NCBI RefSeq assembly: GCF_006345805.1
Contig: NC_042998.1
Location: forward strand, 26,846,001 to 26,910,000
From: Octopus sinensis
Taxonomy: Eukaryota
Reading direction: 5' to 3'
DNA: 64,000 nucleotides
A program made the translations under genes and the position numbers. Under the pieces are notes generated by a model that was not told the DNA's origin, ran no database searches, and saw only the letters and a program-made list of their open reading frames with translations. Positions 1-12,668 of the stretch are shown one piece after another (positions within the stretch are counted from its first letter, which is position 1; every line of letters starts with the position of its first letter).

Positions 1-409
1 AATTATTACATATGTGTGTGTGTGTGTGTGTGTGTGTGGCTGAGGGAAGGGTGGGTGGGGGTAAAGAAATCAGTTACTTTTATATGATGTATTAACCAAT
101 GACTGAAATTTGCATGTGTGTTGATAAGTAGAGTCTATCTGAGCTTAGTTTTTCTTTTTTTTTCTTTTTCTTTTTAAAGCACCTGATCAACAATTTCTTC
201 ATTGAAAAATCATACAGCAATGACATTCTTATCTGATAAATAGAACATTATCCTACCACAAATAGACTTTAAAAATTAGTCTAAGTCTTTCAATATCTAT
301 TATTGATACTGGTAAATTTGTTGCAAAAAAAATAAGAGAAAAAATGTGATAATTTTAAGAAAAAATTATTATTATTAATTAACCTGATTAAAGCTTTTAT
401 ATCATATAC

Positions 410-509
410 ACACATATATATATATACATATATATATACACACATACATATATATTTATATATATATATATATATATACATACATATATATTTATATATA
501 TATACATAC

Positions 510-563
<54 letters not shown>

Positions 564-683
564 CATACATATATATTTAAAATAATAGTTATCACCATAC
601 TAATATGGCGATAACTATTATTTTCCGGGAACGCTGCCGCTGTTCTCTTTTAGAGAGACTTAGTAATTTTAATATTTCTATCA

Positions 684-722
<39 letters not shown>

Positions 723-745
723 CATATATATTTATATATATATAC

Positions 746-776
<31 letters not shown>

Positions 777-853
777 AACACACACACACACACACATATA
801 TATATGTATATATATATATATAATATATATATATATATATACACACACACTAT

Positions 854-894
<41 letters not shown>

Positions 895-895
895 A
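410..895. repeat. Compound TA/TACA/CA microsatellite blocks
   Basis: Direct inspection (410-575, 680-895). Confidence 0.95.
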
Positions 896-1639
896 TTCAT
901 TATGATCATTAAAAGAAAATGTGAGTGTAAATTCAACTCAGATATTTAATGTAATAATCTGATCCAGTATTAAATACATCAATGAAATTTCCTCCATTTT
1001 CAGTGCTATCAAGCTATACTTTTGCACATACTATATATAGAACACTGTAATAGATATGCCAAATTGTTTCATACATATGTGATTTTAAAAGAGAAAAGTA
1101 GAAGGAGAGTGAAAAAGGAATTGCTCGATTGCTCTACAAGTTTTGTTTTTAGTTCATACGCAACAGCAACAGCAGCAGCCTAAGAACATTTTTTTTTTTA
1201 AATTCAATCAATAAGACAGTATCTGTACAATTGAGCATAAATTTTTTTTAAATAAAAGTAACAAAAAAAAAAAAAAAAAAGAAGCATGAAATCTAACTCA
1301 TTCTTATCTTGGCTGCTGAACTTATACAGAGTAACATTTTATTTTATTTTATTTAATTTTATTTTATTTAGAAAAAAAAATTTTTTTTTTTTTTTTGATA
1401 GGTATTTTTCTTTTATTAAACTTTGTTGCTCTTTCTTCATTCTTTGTTGTATTAATCAGCAAGTATTCAACACATTTTTTTTTTCACGGCAACTATATAG
1501 TATATATCTTAAGGGGACTGCAATTGTTTTCTTTTATGTTCATTACATATAAATGTGCCTACACTGTGTATACATCCTTGTTACATACACATACATAGCT
1601 ACACACACACATATATATATACAAATATATATACATACA

Positions 1640-1715
<76 letters not shown>

Positions 1716-2017
1716 CATATATATGTCCATGTATATATGTATATATGTATGAGTATATAACCTCTTGAACAAAGGTTGTAGGGAACTTTCAAAATTGAAC
1801 TTTACCACTAACCTCACAACCACTATCAAATTATTCCCATTAAGATGGAGTTAAATGAAAAGAGGGGAAAAAAACTGACTCATATTTCATTTTGCATTTA
1901 AAACAAAAAAAAAACAATGATAAAAACCAACAAAATTTTAGCTTTGTACTTCCTATAAAAGTATCACTATTGTTACAATCATTAATTCTCTTTTCCTATT
2001 TTAACCTTATATATGCA

Positions 2018-2075
<58 letters not shown>

Positions 2076-2666
2076 TACATGCACATACATATGCTCTCTG
2101 TTTTCTCCCCTAAATCTTGAAGTCAGCTTCAGGAATCAAGCCAAAATTCATTAAAACTCAACAGGCATTCTTCCTTTTCCATCTAAGAATACACATGGAA
2201 TTAATGCATAGTTGCTGGGTTTGCTTAAAATCACAGCCAGATCTCCTTCAAACATGTCCATATGTTTGTGATCAAATGCTTTCAATCCAAAATTCTGTCA
2301 AAATGACATAACCTTTTGATAAAGACGCTAATCAAATACTCATGTCCAACCTACAGTGACATTACAGACTAATTTTTTTGCTAGCTTTTTTACAGCTTTC
2401 GGTTTTTGATCTGTGACCATACTGGAGCACTGACTTAGGGTAAGGATGTTGATTCATTTTTTGGTTTTTGATTTTGGTATATTTTGTCTAGCATATATTT
2501 TATCAGTCACTATTGAATTGAATTGGTAATTATTCTTTAGTGTAAAGGAATGTAAGCTGCATAGATTAAATGCCACAGTATTTTTACTTGATGCGCAAAT
2601 TTAGCAGTAATCCTTTGCATTCTCACACACACAAGCACATTTACAAATGTGTATGTATATACATAT

Positions 2667-2884
2667 TTAACCCTTTCATTACCAACTGGCTCTGGCTCTG
2701 AGTACAAATGTCTTGTTTTCATAATTTTTGAATTAAAATCTTCCACCAAACCCTAGTAACAATTTATGTTCTTAACACTAGCTTAATAATAACTAAGTTA
2801 TTTTACTAAATTCTTTGTTATATTTAAAATTAATTGAAAGAAACACAGAGCATCTCAACAGAAATATGGTAACGAAAGGGTTAA
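2667..2884. mobile_element. piggyBac-type MITE (family D)
   Basis: TTAA-CCCTTTC.TTACC...GGTAACGAAAGGG-TTAA; TTAA target duplication. Confidence 0.88.
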
Positions 2885-2945
2885 ACACACACACATACAC
2901 ACAACAGCATGGAAGCTGAAGTTAAATACTGTTGATGATAATGAC

Positions 2946-2989
<44 letters not shown>

Positions 2990-3077
2990 GAGATTTCACA
3001 CTTTCCATCTACCAAAAGTAAGTCACATTGTAGATGTTTGCCCAAGGTGCTAGACGGATAGATTGGACTTAGAACAA

Positions 3078-3465
3078 GGTATGGTTGTGTTGTAAGAGGT
3101 TTACTCTTCAGTTACATGGTTCTGGGTCCAGTTCTCCATGGCACCTTGGGCAGATGTTTTCTATTATAGCCTTGGGCCAACCAAAAACTTGTGAATGGAT
3201 ATGGTAGACGGAAAATGAAAGAAGTCTACCACATGTGTGTGCGCGTGTGTTTGTGTCTGTGTCTGTCCCCCACCATGGCTTGGACAACTGGTGTTGGTTT
3301 GTTTGTGTCCCCATAAATTAGGAGATTGGCAAAAGAGACCGATAGAATAAGTACCAGGCTTTAAAAGAAAAAGTACTGCAATCAATTTATTTGATTAAAA
3401 ATTCTTAAATGCTGTGCCCCAGCATGGCCACAGTGTAATGATTGTAACAAGTAAACAATAAAAGA
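3078..3465 (+). mobile_element. SINE family A (tRNA-like head, central GT/TA tract), diverged
   Basis: Homologous to 38148-38560. Confidence 0.8.
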
Positions 3466-3879
3466 TTTGGATGTGAAAGGAATTTCAAACTCACACAGCC
3501 ACATTTGCAAATCAAGAAATTGTAGAGTTTGAACTGCTTTTTATTCTTGGTCTGTGTGAAGCAAACTGACTGGGATCAATTCACCATTGTCACAACCATG
3601 GAAACGAAAATGGTAACAACACAGGCAATAATGCCAAACAGTATCTCTTTCAAATAAAGACCTTAAGACAAAGAAATGGAAACAATAACTTCCTCAGCTC
3701 TGTTTCCAAACATCTTCTCTAAAATATAGAAACATGAAAAGATCACTTGTTTGTTGGGGGAAAATTTATTAAATTTGTTAGCAAAAAATTAATTGGTTTT
3801 ATTTTAACCAAAACTAGAAAACATGATTTACAAATTAACCCATCTAATAATTAATTGGACTTTTTCTCTTAATTAATTG

Positions 3880-4415
3880 GTTTCAAATTTTGGCACAAGG
3901 CCAGCAATTTCAGGGGAGGGGTAAGTTGATTACTTTGACCCCAGTGCTCATCATCATCATCATTATCCAGTGTTTTAAATCCAGGTTTTGTCCCCGCTAG
4001 CAGAAGTGGCCGGATCTACCTCAATGCCATAGCAACTGAAGTAGGCAGAGGCATCCCACCCCAACCTTTGGGCTGGCTGGTGTCTATTCTCTTTTGCTAT
4101 CATGAGGCTTTTTTGGAGCTGGATTTTTTATGGGGAGCATGCCCTTGCTTACCCCCAACCTTAGTTTCTAGACATAAGTAGTCCCAAGACCAAAGCCTCT
4201 ACCACGATTTTTAAGAAATGTGGTAGAAAACTAGCTCAGGAAGGCAGGGACGCTACTCCCTAAGACCCCTTTTGGAGCCCTCTACCTGGTACTTATTTTA
4301 TTGACCCAGAAAGGATGAAAGGCAAAGTTGAGCTCAGCTGAATTTGAACACAGAACATGAAAACAGATGAAATGTCACTTAGTATTTTGCCAGGTGTGCT
4401 AACGATTTCTTCATA
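3880..4415 (-). mobile_element. SINE family B, interrupted by an RTE-like piece
   Basis: Core GACCCAGAAAGGATGAAAGGCAAAGTTGA at 4302-4330; tail half at 3880-3950. Confidence 0.75.
3950..4282 (-). mobile_element. RTE-like 3' end (related family) inserted into a family B SINE
   Basis: (CAT)n at 3950-3963; GCTGGATTTTTTATGG..GCATGCCCTTGCTTACCCCAACC resembles the RTE 3' core; SINE halves lie on either side. Confidence 0.55.
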
Positions 4416-5295
4416 AATTGCCAACAAAAAAAAGTTTGGCATATGCCAGATTATTGCTCATATCATCAGCAAAGCTTTTAATTGAGTTTCACAGGTTCCA
4501 ACTAATCACTGTTTTTTGGCATGGAACCATATTTCAAAGAGAATGCAAATTGCTCTATCAAATTTACCCCAGGTCACAAATCTCATAGTCGTGTTCTCCT
4601 GGAAGTTCCAAATCTTAAGTCAATTCAACTTGAAGCCATTTCTACCATTTCAAACGATGCTGCAATACTGAATTACTGTTAAAAACAGCCACAACAACAC
4701 TGAGTCTCACCTGAAAATCTACAACCATTAGCTTCTTCCATCTAGCTTAAAAGGATTATGTTAAAATAGAATTAACTAAATCTTCTTTTGAAGATAAATC
4801 AATTTAAAAGCAAATACTGTTTTTTTTTTATTTTGTAAAACAAATATGTATTTGCTTTTTAAAGTCATCAAACGAGATTTAAAATTATCTATAATATATA
4901 CTTATAAAATTGCTTCTGTCAGTAGCTCCAAACCTGAAAACACTATATCTTCCCATATCTATATTTTAATGTCAAAATCTACAAGAATGAGAAACAATCA
5001 CTCTACTTAACACCAATATCTGTAAACTTCTGATTAGATCTTATATTATCACATTTTACTCACATATAAGCTGTACATACTATTCTTCCCTCAAACGCAA
5101 AATCTTTCACTCTCTATATCTAACTTATATCTGCTTTACATATTTCCTGAAATTGATGTCTGCACATCTGAAGAATCCACTTTTTCCAAGACTCATTGGC
5201 TACATTAATAAACAAGAAAAATTTTAATTAGCTTAGGAAGTCGTCGGCCCACTCCATTTTCTTAAGTTCATTTGCTCTGACATTCTCAGGACTTC

Positions 5296-5778
5296 TTAAC
5301 CTTTTAGCATTTAAATAGGCCGTATCCAGGCCAAAATATTCAACCTGTTTTATGTTCAAGCCAGCCATATCAAGTTTTTCACACTTACCTATTTCTTTAC
5401 TACCTACAAGCGGCTAAACACAGAGAGGACAAATAAGGACAGACAAACGGATTAAGTCGATTATATCGACCCCAGTGCATAACTAATACTTAATTTATCG
5501 ACCCCGAAAGGATGAAAGGCAAAGTCGACCTCGGCGGAATTTGAACTCAGAACATAACGGCAGACGAAATACGGTTACACATTTCACCCAGCGTGCTAAC
5601 ATTTCTGTCAGCTCGCTGCCTTTACAGGTTTTTTACACTTACCTTACAATATTATTCTCAAAATAAACAATCACACCATTGAAATTTCAAAGCCACAAGG
5701 TAAGGCATGACTAATTCAAATCAATATGAATAAATAAGCATTACACTTGACAGAGTAATCTGAATGCTAAAGGGTGAA
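5296..5778. mobile_element. piggyBac-type MITE (family E) containing a SINE
   Basis: TTAACCTTTTAGCATTTAAA...GAATGCTAAAGGGTGAA; reverse-complement homologue at 45473-45701. Confidence 0.82.
5391..5622 (-). mobile_element. SINE family B, full length, nested in a piggyBac-type MITE
   Basis: Reverse complement of 39102-39330; core GTCGACTTTGCCTTTCATCCTTTCGGGGTCGATAAATTAAGTA. Confidence 0.92.
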
Positions 5779-5875
5779 ATCACTTATCTATCTCTCTGTC
5801 CAGTTGGCATTGAAGCTATTTATCTCAGTTCACTTTTCTCTCAAGTTGTTATCATCAGTGATTTAAATACACACA

Positions 5876-6260
5876 AGTATAGCTGTGTGGTAAGACGTTT
5901 GCTTCCCAACCACATGGTCCTGGGTTCAGTCTCACTGCACGGCACCAAGGGCAAGTGTCTTCTTCTACAGCCTCAGGCTGATCAAAGCCTTGCAAAAGCC
6001 AGGCAAAATCTGAAAGGAGCCCAACGTATGTATAGGTGTGTGTGTGATGTAGGTATAAATGTGTGTGTGTGTGTGTGCTGTGTTTGTACCCCACCACTGC
6101 TTGACAACCAGTGTTGGTGTATTTATATCCCCATAACTTAGTGGTTTGGTAAAAGAGACTGACAGAATAAGTACCAAGCATTAAAAGAAATAAGTTCTGG
6201 ACTCAATTCATTTGACTAAAATTTTTCAAAGTGCTTCTTGAAACAAGTGAAAGAATAAAA
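5876..6260 (+). mobile_element. SINE family A
   Basis: Head GCTGTGTGGTAAG...CCCAACCACATGGT.CTGGGTTCAGTC; central GT tract; tail GAAACAAGTGAAAGAATAAAA. Confidence 0.9.
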
Positions 6261-6308
6261 AAAACTATTCTTCACCCTCTCACTCTCACCACACTTAACA
6301 TGAATACC

Positions 6309-6676
6309 AGCAAGAGCACTCAGAGAGCGCAAACCTCCATCTAGGTAACACCCCTATCCTTTTAACAATTAGCCGGAGACGATTTTTAAAATGAGAATAT
6401 CTGAAATAACCTTAGCTGCTCTCACAAACGAAAATACTAAAAATGAACCCAACTGCTCTCAAAATCTAAGTAAAAAACCAGAAAAATAATCGAGAATCCT
6501 TATCTGGTACCAGATCAATCCCAAAATCTAATCAGTTCATGCTAGTCATGAGGCCAAACATCTCTAAAAGTTTCATCCGAATCCATCCAAGTGGTTTATT
6601 GTGATATCTTATCCATGGACAAACAAACACAACTGAAAACAATACCTCCACCTTCGCTAATGCGGAGATAATTATG
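6309..6676 (+). mobile_element. Non-autonomous element with 3' GC-rich hairpin, possibly Helentron-type
   Basis: Starts CAAGAGCACTCAGAGAGCGC; ends CTCCACCTTCGCTAATGCGGAG-ATAATT (imperfect hairpin). Confidence 0.45.
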
Positions 6677-6719
6677 AAGTGTCTGAACTAATTAGTCTCA
6701 TTAGCCGACCAACATGCTT

Positions 6720-6953
6720 GGTGATTCTCCAAGCTCAAGCATTGCTCTCCCATAACAGTCTTTATCTCCATAGGATTATCAGCTTGATATAACTCATTTC
6801 ACAAAAAAAATTACCATAAATAAGAACCTGACACTGACCTGCTGTCACTCTATAACACTGATCTCTTGAGCCGCTACCTGTTGTCTTCACATTCTTCAAC
6901 ATTTTTCTTTCATGTGATATCCATTCCAACCTACAACCATGTGTCTGCTGACC

Positions 6954-6985
<32 letters not shown>

Positions 6986-7250
6986 AGGGCAGTGCCCTCT
7001 CTGACCTTGATAACTGCTGATCTATTGTACTCATTTCCAACATGTCAGAGCAAATGGGAAAAGTCATAAATGAAAATCCCAGTCCTCACTTTGTCTTCTT
7101 CCCTGTTCAGTATCTATCACCATCGTCATAAATTTTTATTAACAGTGAGTGATCTTAGAGTGTCCCCTTTATGTGTCCATCACCCTTGGACAATTTTCTT
7201 TCATTGGGTTGTCATAGGTTTGTGATTTCATCTATAATTTTGTCTGAACT
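6720..7250 (+). mobile_element. Ancient CR1/L2-type RT fragment
   Basis: SDLDNC*SIVLISNMSEQMGKVIN resembles SDPSNYRPISLLS...SK..EKVIN; several stops. Confidence 0.45.
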
Positions 7251-7786
7251 GACATCGAATTTAAACAAAAGGATAGTGAGCTGAGGGAAGTAAATAATCT
7301 ATCATCCGTATTTGACAGAAGCATAAGGACACGAAGCTTATATTGATAGAAGAACAATGTATGATGGATGGAGTTAAGCTGACTTTGAGTGAGTTGTTTC
7401 TTGAATAACTGAAAGACACAGAGATTACAGAAGAATACATGAGCCTCAATACCCAGATATTTCCTTATAGCATCTGTGCTACTTGCAACGACTGAAGTGA
7501 CATACATCATCATCATCATCATCGTTAACGTCCGTTCTCCATGCTAGCATGGGTTGGACGGTTCGACCAGGGTTCTGGGAAGCCAGAAGGCTGCACCAGG
7601 CTCCAGTCTAATCTGGCAATGTTTCTACAGCTGGATGCCCTTCCTAACGCCAACCACTCCGTGAGTGTAGTGGGTGCTTTTTACGTGCCACCTGCACAGG
7701 TGCCAGGTGGGGCTGGCAACGGCCACGGTCAGATTGGTGTATTTTATGTGCCACCGGCACGGAAGCCAGTCGAGGCGGTGCCATCG

Positions 7787-8235
7787 GCCACGAGTCGGAT
7801 AGTGCTTTTTACGTACCACCAGACCAGGGATCCTGCTGGTTCAATTCGATTTCGATTTCGCTTGCCCCAACATGTCTTCACAAGCAAAGGGGGGTTGGCA
7901 TGGGTGCCTGTCGTACGGTCGCATTGGAGTATTTTACGTGCCACGGCCGCGAGTCGGATAGTGCTTTTTACGTACCACCAGACCAGGGATCCTGGCTGGT
8001 TCAATCGATTTCGATTTCGCTTGCCCCAACATGTCTTCACAAGCAAGGGGGGTTGGCATGGGTGCCTGTCGTACGGTCGCATTGGAGTATTTTACGTGCC
8101 ACGGCCACGAGTCGGATAGTGCTTTTTACGTACCACCAGGCCAGGGATCCTGGCTGGTTCAATTCGGTTTCGATTTCGATTGCCCCAACATGTCTTCGCA
8201 AGCATGGGGGGTTGGCATGGGTGTCTGTCATCGGG
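7787..8235. repeat. 158-bp tandem repeat (about 2.8 copies) in the RTE 3' UTR
   Basis: Unit GGCC(A/G)CGAGTCGGATAGTGCTTTTTACGTACCACC... starts at 7787, 7945 and 8103. Confidence 0.95.
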
Positions 8236-8314
8236 TGAGGTTCTATATCGACTTCGCTTGCCTCAACCGGTCTTTGCGTCCAAGGGAGGAAAGGCATTCA
8301 TAAGTGGGCTGGGC

Positions 8315-10425
8315 TCACTTGTCCTGCCTGGTCTTCTCACGTACAGAATATTTCAAAGGTCTCGGTCGCTGGTCATTTCCTCAGTGAGGCCTAAAGTTGA
8401 AGGTCGTGCTTCACCACCTCGTCCCAGGTTTCCTGGGTCTACCTCTTCCACGGTTCCCTCAACTGCTAGGATTGGCACTTTCTCACACACCCATCTTCAT
8501 CCATTCTCGCCACATGACCATACCAGCGCAATCGTCTCTCTTGCACACCACAACTGATGCTTCTTAGGTACAACATTTCTCTCAAGGTGCTAACGCTCTG
8601 TCGAGTATGTACCACTGACATTACACATCCATCGGAGCATACTGGCTTCATTCCTCACGAGCTTACGCATGTCCTCAGCAGTCACGGCCCATGTTTCGCT
8701 GCCATGTAGCATGGCTGTTCGTACACACGCATCATACAGTCTGCCTTTTACTCTGAGCGAGAGGCCTTTAGTCACCAGCAGAGGTAAGAGCTCCCTAAAC
8801 TTTGCCCAGGCTATTCTTATTCTAGCAGTTACACTTTCAGCACACCCACCCCACTACTGACTTGGTCACCTAGATAACGGAAGCTATTAACTGCTTCTAG
8901 TTTTTCCCCCTGGAAAGTGACGGAAGTTGTTTTCTGCAGATTTTCGGAGGTTAATGCTCCTGAGCATCTGCCACATACAAAAACTATCTTCCCAGTTAGC
9001 CTACCTTTGACATTGCTGCACCTCTTATGTGTCCATAGCTTACACTGGGTACATCTTATAGAGTTTCTACCTACACCTTTTCTACAGATTGAGCAGGGCC
9101 ATCTTCCTGAAGATATTTGTGGATGTCTACCTTTCTACTTATTAGTACTTTGGTTTTAGCTAGGTTGACTCTAAGGCCCCTTGATTCTAAACCCTCCTTC
9201 CACACCTGGAACTTCTCCTCCAGTTCTGATAGTGACTCAGCAATAAGAGCAAGGTCGTCAGCGTAGAGGAGCTCCAGGGACAGCCTGTCTTGAATTCCTC
9301 CGTAATTGCCTGGAGTACTATGATAAATAGGAGGGGGCTGAGTACTGAACCCTGGTGGACCCCAACCTCTACTTTGAATTCTTCTGTGTACATGTTGCCA
9401 ACCCTAACCTTACTTATGGCATCTCTGTACATGGCTTGCACAGTCCTCACCAGCCATTCATCTATCCCTAGTTTCCTCATTGACCACCAGATAAGGGATC
9501 GGGGACCCTATCAAAAGCTTTCTCCATGTCAACGAAAGCCAGGTACAGGGCTTATCTTTGGCTAGGTATTCTCCTGCAGCTGCCTTACCAGGAATATAGC
9601 ATCAGTGGTACTTTTCCTGGCACGAACCCAAACTGCATCTCATCTAAGCTAACTCTCTCTCTAATTAGTTGGGCTATGACCCTCTCCGTAACCTTCATTA
9701 CTTGATCCAACAGCTTGATACCTCTGTAATTATTTGTATCTAGGGCATCACTTTACCTTTGTAGCAGTTGACTAGTATGCTGCTGCACCAGTCATTGGGT
9801 ATGACTCCTTCGTGTATCACCTGGTTGACTATACGGGTGACTAGGTTATAGCCGACACTGCCAGATATTTTGAGCATCTCTGCAGTAATTCCTGATGGGC
9901 CTGGGGCTTTCCCTGTCTTCATGCTTCTAATTGCCTTAGCTACCACGGAACTATCAACTCGGATAGCTGGTCCCTCTGTAGGGTCAAGATTCGGCAGACT
10001 CTCTTTATCCCATTCATTTTCCTCATTCAGCAACCTTTCATAGTGGCGTCTCCAAGCTTCTCTCTTTGCATCCTCATTTAGCGCAAGTGAACCATCCTCC
10101 ATGCGAACACATTTCTCTCCTACCACATCACGATCTCTCTCACACACTGTCTTGCAACACGAAATACCTCAAGTCTTTCATCCTCACGGCGCAGGACATT
10201 GGCAAATTTTCTCTTATCTGCTTCCCCTCTGGCTAGATAGACCTGTCTCCTAGCTTCCCTTCTGGCAGTCTGATACCCTTCCCTGCTACCACCATTCTTC
10301 CAGGCCTTCCAAGCCTGTTTCTTTTGTCTAATAGCCCTGTCAACAATATTGTTCCACCACCACGTTATTTTGGGTCTTAAGGGGACTTTGCACCAGCCAC
10401 AGATCTGGTCAGCGGCTTTCAACAA
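8315..10425 (-). pseudogene. RTE ORF (reverse transcriptase with inserted PHD-type finger), broken by about ten single-base frameshifts
   Basis: ORF-track pieces 10120-10425, 9740-10147, 9187-9480, 8590-8775 and 8466-8651 rejoin into one frame when one base is restored or removed in short homopolymer runs; stop TGA at about 8315. Confidence 0.9.
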
Positions 10426-10451
10426 TGCTAAATATTATTTTTGGTCTCCAT

Positions 10452-10582
10452 TCAATAGACTTACATAGGTAGTTAGATAATTAGTCCATCAGGCATCTAT
10501 CATATCCTTATGTTGTCAATAGACTTACATAGGTAGTTAGATAATAATTAGTCCATCAAGCATCTATCATATCCTTATGTTG
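10452..10582. repeat. 64/67-bp tandem duplication
   Basis: TCAATAGACTTACATAGGTAGTTAGATAA...CCTTATGTTG twice; copies differ by one 3-nt indel and one substitution. Confidence 0.95.
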
Positions 10583-12189
10583 TCTTCCTTCAAAAAACAT
10601 TTATGCAACCTTTTGTCCAGATGATACGAGATAATGTGTTGGTAACATTGTTGGATTAAGCTGATAGCTTGGATTTGTTTTATTGGGAAAATAAACTTCC
10701 ATGATGTATTTTGCTTCTTTCTTGATTTGGAAGAATATTTATAAATAAAATAATTAATTGAAAATGGAAAGAGTATAATTTGTTCAAGTCTGAACAGCCA
10801 CAAGGGAAATTAATTTGGATGTCAAGTTAATTTGCATAGGAAGGATGCTAAATGTACCTTGATATATCTTTTAGGCAGTTAAAGCTTTGGTTCCAATAAG
10901 AGACCAGGTTTCTTCGTTTAACTTTTTTGATTCTGCATTAATGCTGAAACTTCTCAGAACATAATACACAATAGAGTTGCATTAGGAATTCACTTAAACA
11001 AATACTATGTTTTTCTTTTCAGCATTGATATGGAAAACTGAAAGTGATTTTAAAACTTGTTAAGAGGTCAAGAGTCCAGAGTCTTGAAGATAATCCCAAT
11101 AAATCAATTGTTTAGATAATATTATGTGTGCAACTTAATCAGTGACAGAGGTGATTTGACGGTACGAAAATATGTAGATATATCCTATAGTAACTGGAAT
11201 ATATTTAGAGAGCCACCTTTTAACAACAAATGAGCTATCTCTTTGCATAAAAGAATTATGTTGTTGCATAGCAATAAATAAGATCCCCAATTCCAAGCAA
11301 GACATGAACAGAGAATGATTAATAGAATGTATAAGATAAGCCCGAAAGATAGTTATAGATGAGCTGAGAAAAAGATGTAAGAGTATATGCATGTGTGTAC
11401 GTGTGTGTGTGTATGTGTGTGTTTGTAAGTATGTCTGTGTGTGTGTGAATTAATCTGTGTTTAAAGTATCATTTTAAATAAAAACTGACAATCGTCTCCA
11501 AGACATCTGCTTTAATTGCATTCACAAAATTGCTGTTTGGAATTCTCAAGTCTCTATTATGTGGATTCAAAGTCTACAACTGTAACAGGAATTGGAGAGC
11601 AGCCAAGCTGTTGATTAATAATGCTACTCTGGGGGGGATACTGCATGTGATTGAAATATTAATGGATTTGATTAAACCAATAAAATTTATATCGGGGAAA
11701 ATATAAAATATTGCATCTGTTAGCTTGAGCAGTGTAACTGTTACATATTTCTGTATTACATCATGTATATTTATTCACCTCCATCATATTCAACATAGCT
11801 TTCTTAATAATGAATTGTGCAGTTGGTGCAACAATATACTGTGCATGCCAATTTTCAATTCATTTTTCATGTTCAATATGGCTTTATTGTATGTATTTTA
11901 TTTGCCCCCTTTATATTATATATTAGAAATTTTCTAATATTCTATGAATCATCCTCATCATTATCCTTTCAGATTTCAGTTTTATAACAGCTGCACCACG
12001 CCCCCTGAATAACATATGAGGCAACTAAAAGGGCTGATGACAGGAAGGGCATCCAACTATAAAACACTGCCTTACAAAATCTGTGTAACCCATGCCAATG
12101 TGGAAAATTGGATGTAAAACAATGATGGTGATTTTATTTCTTTTTATTAATATTTGTATAAGTTGGTCACGTCTTCTTCAATTGAGCAT

Positions 12190-12430
12190 TTCATCATTTG
12201 TTGCAGTCCTTTGTCATATTCATTAAGAAGTTCCGCCTCTTGAAATCAGTTTTCACCGCATCTTTCTATATTTCCCTTGGTTTTCCTCTAAAACTAGCTC
12301 CTTCTTCTTGGCATTTCTTTACTGAATTATCACCTTTCATACACATTATATATCTGTACCAGCACAGTTTCGATTCTTATACACTATATTTCATTTGTTT
12401 TATGTCCAGCCACTTCTCTCCCCATTGTTC
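12190..12430 (-). mobile_element. Decayed RTE 3' coding fragment
   Basis: Degenerate KLCWYRYIMCMKGDNSVKKC...RGKPRE..KDAVKTD resembles RLRWYGHVMRM...VKKC...RGRPRKTW; contains stops. Confidence 0.6.
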
Positions 12431-12446
12431 ATGCATGCTAACATTA

Positions 12447-12668
12447 TACAAGGGGGTGCTAAAAAGTTTCTGACTCTGGGTAAAAAGAAAATACAGGAGA
12501 ATCAGTCAATTATGATTTTACTCAACATATTCCCCTCTCAGATTCAAACACTTATTGTAGCTGTTCTTCAGTTTTCCTAAATCCTGTAAAAGAACTCAGA
12601 AGGTTGGGCCTCCAACCAGGCCTTTAACAATACCCTTAAAACCAGGAACTTTTCAGCACTCCCTCATA
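12447..12668 (-). mobile_element. mariner-derived MITE
   Basis: TIR TA(C/T)(A/G)AGGG(G/A)GTGCT.AAAAGTT.CTG at both ends, TA flanks; internal part resembles the mariner transposase C-terminus (G..KL...CNKC.NL.GEYVE*). Confidence 0.8.

Larger units (their letters stand above)
7501..10425 (-). mobile_element. RTE-clade LINE, 5'-truncated (no endonuclease domain), with long 3' UTR and (GAT)n tail
   Basis: Minus-strand frames join into RTE RT motifs: KAPGPSG, NYRGIKLL, QFGFVPGKSTTDAIF, AFVDMEKAFDRVP, GVHQGSVLSPLLF, LYADDL (YADD at 9254-9265), FRYLG, LHGSETW, RRLRWYGHV, GRPRKTW. Ends in ACGTTAACGATGATGATG near 7505. Confidence 0.95.

Noticed and set aside
2138-2280. Minus-strand 47-codon frame resembling a terminal exon (NFGLKAFDHK...MPVEF*)
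   Set aside because: Not recognisable, a length expected by chance, and the plus strand loosely resembles an L2 remnant.
7541-8557. Overlapping 90-190 aa ORFs on both strands
   Set aside because: Open frames from the GC-richer tandem-repeated RTE 3' UTR and antisense of the RTE ORF.
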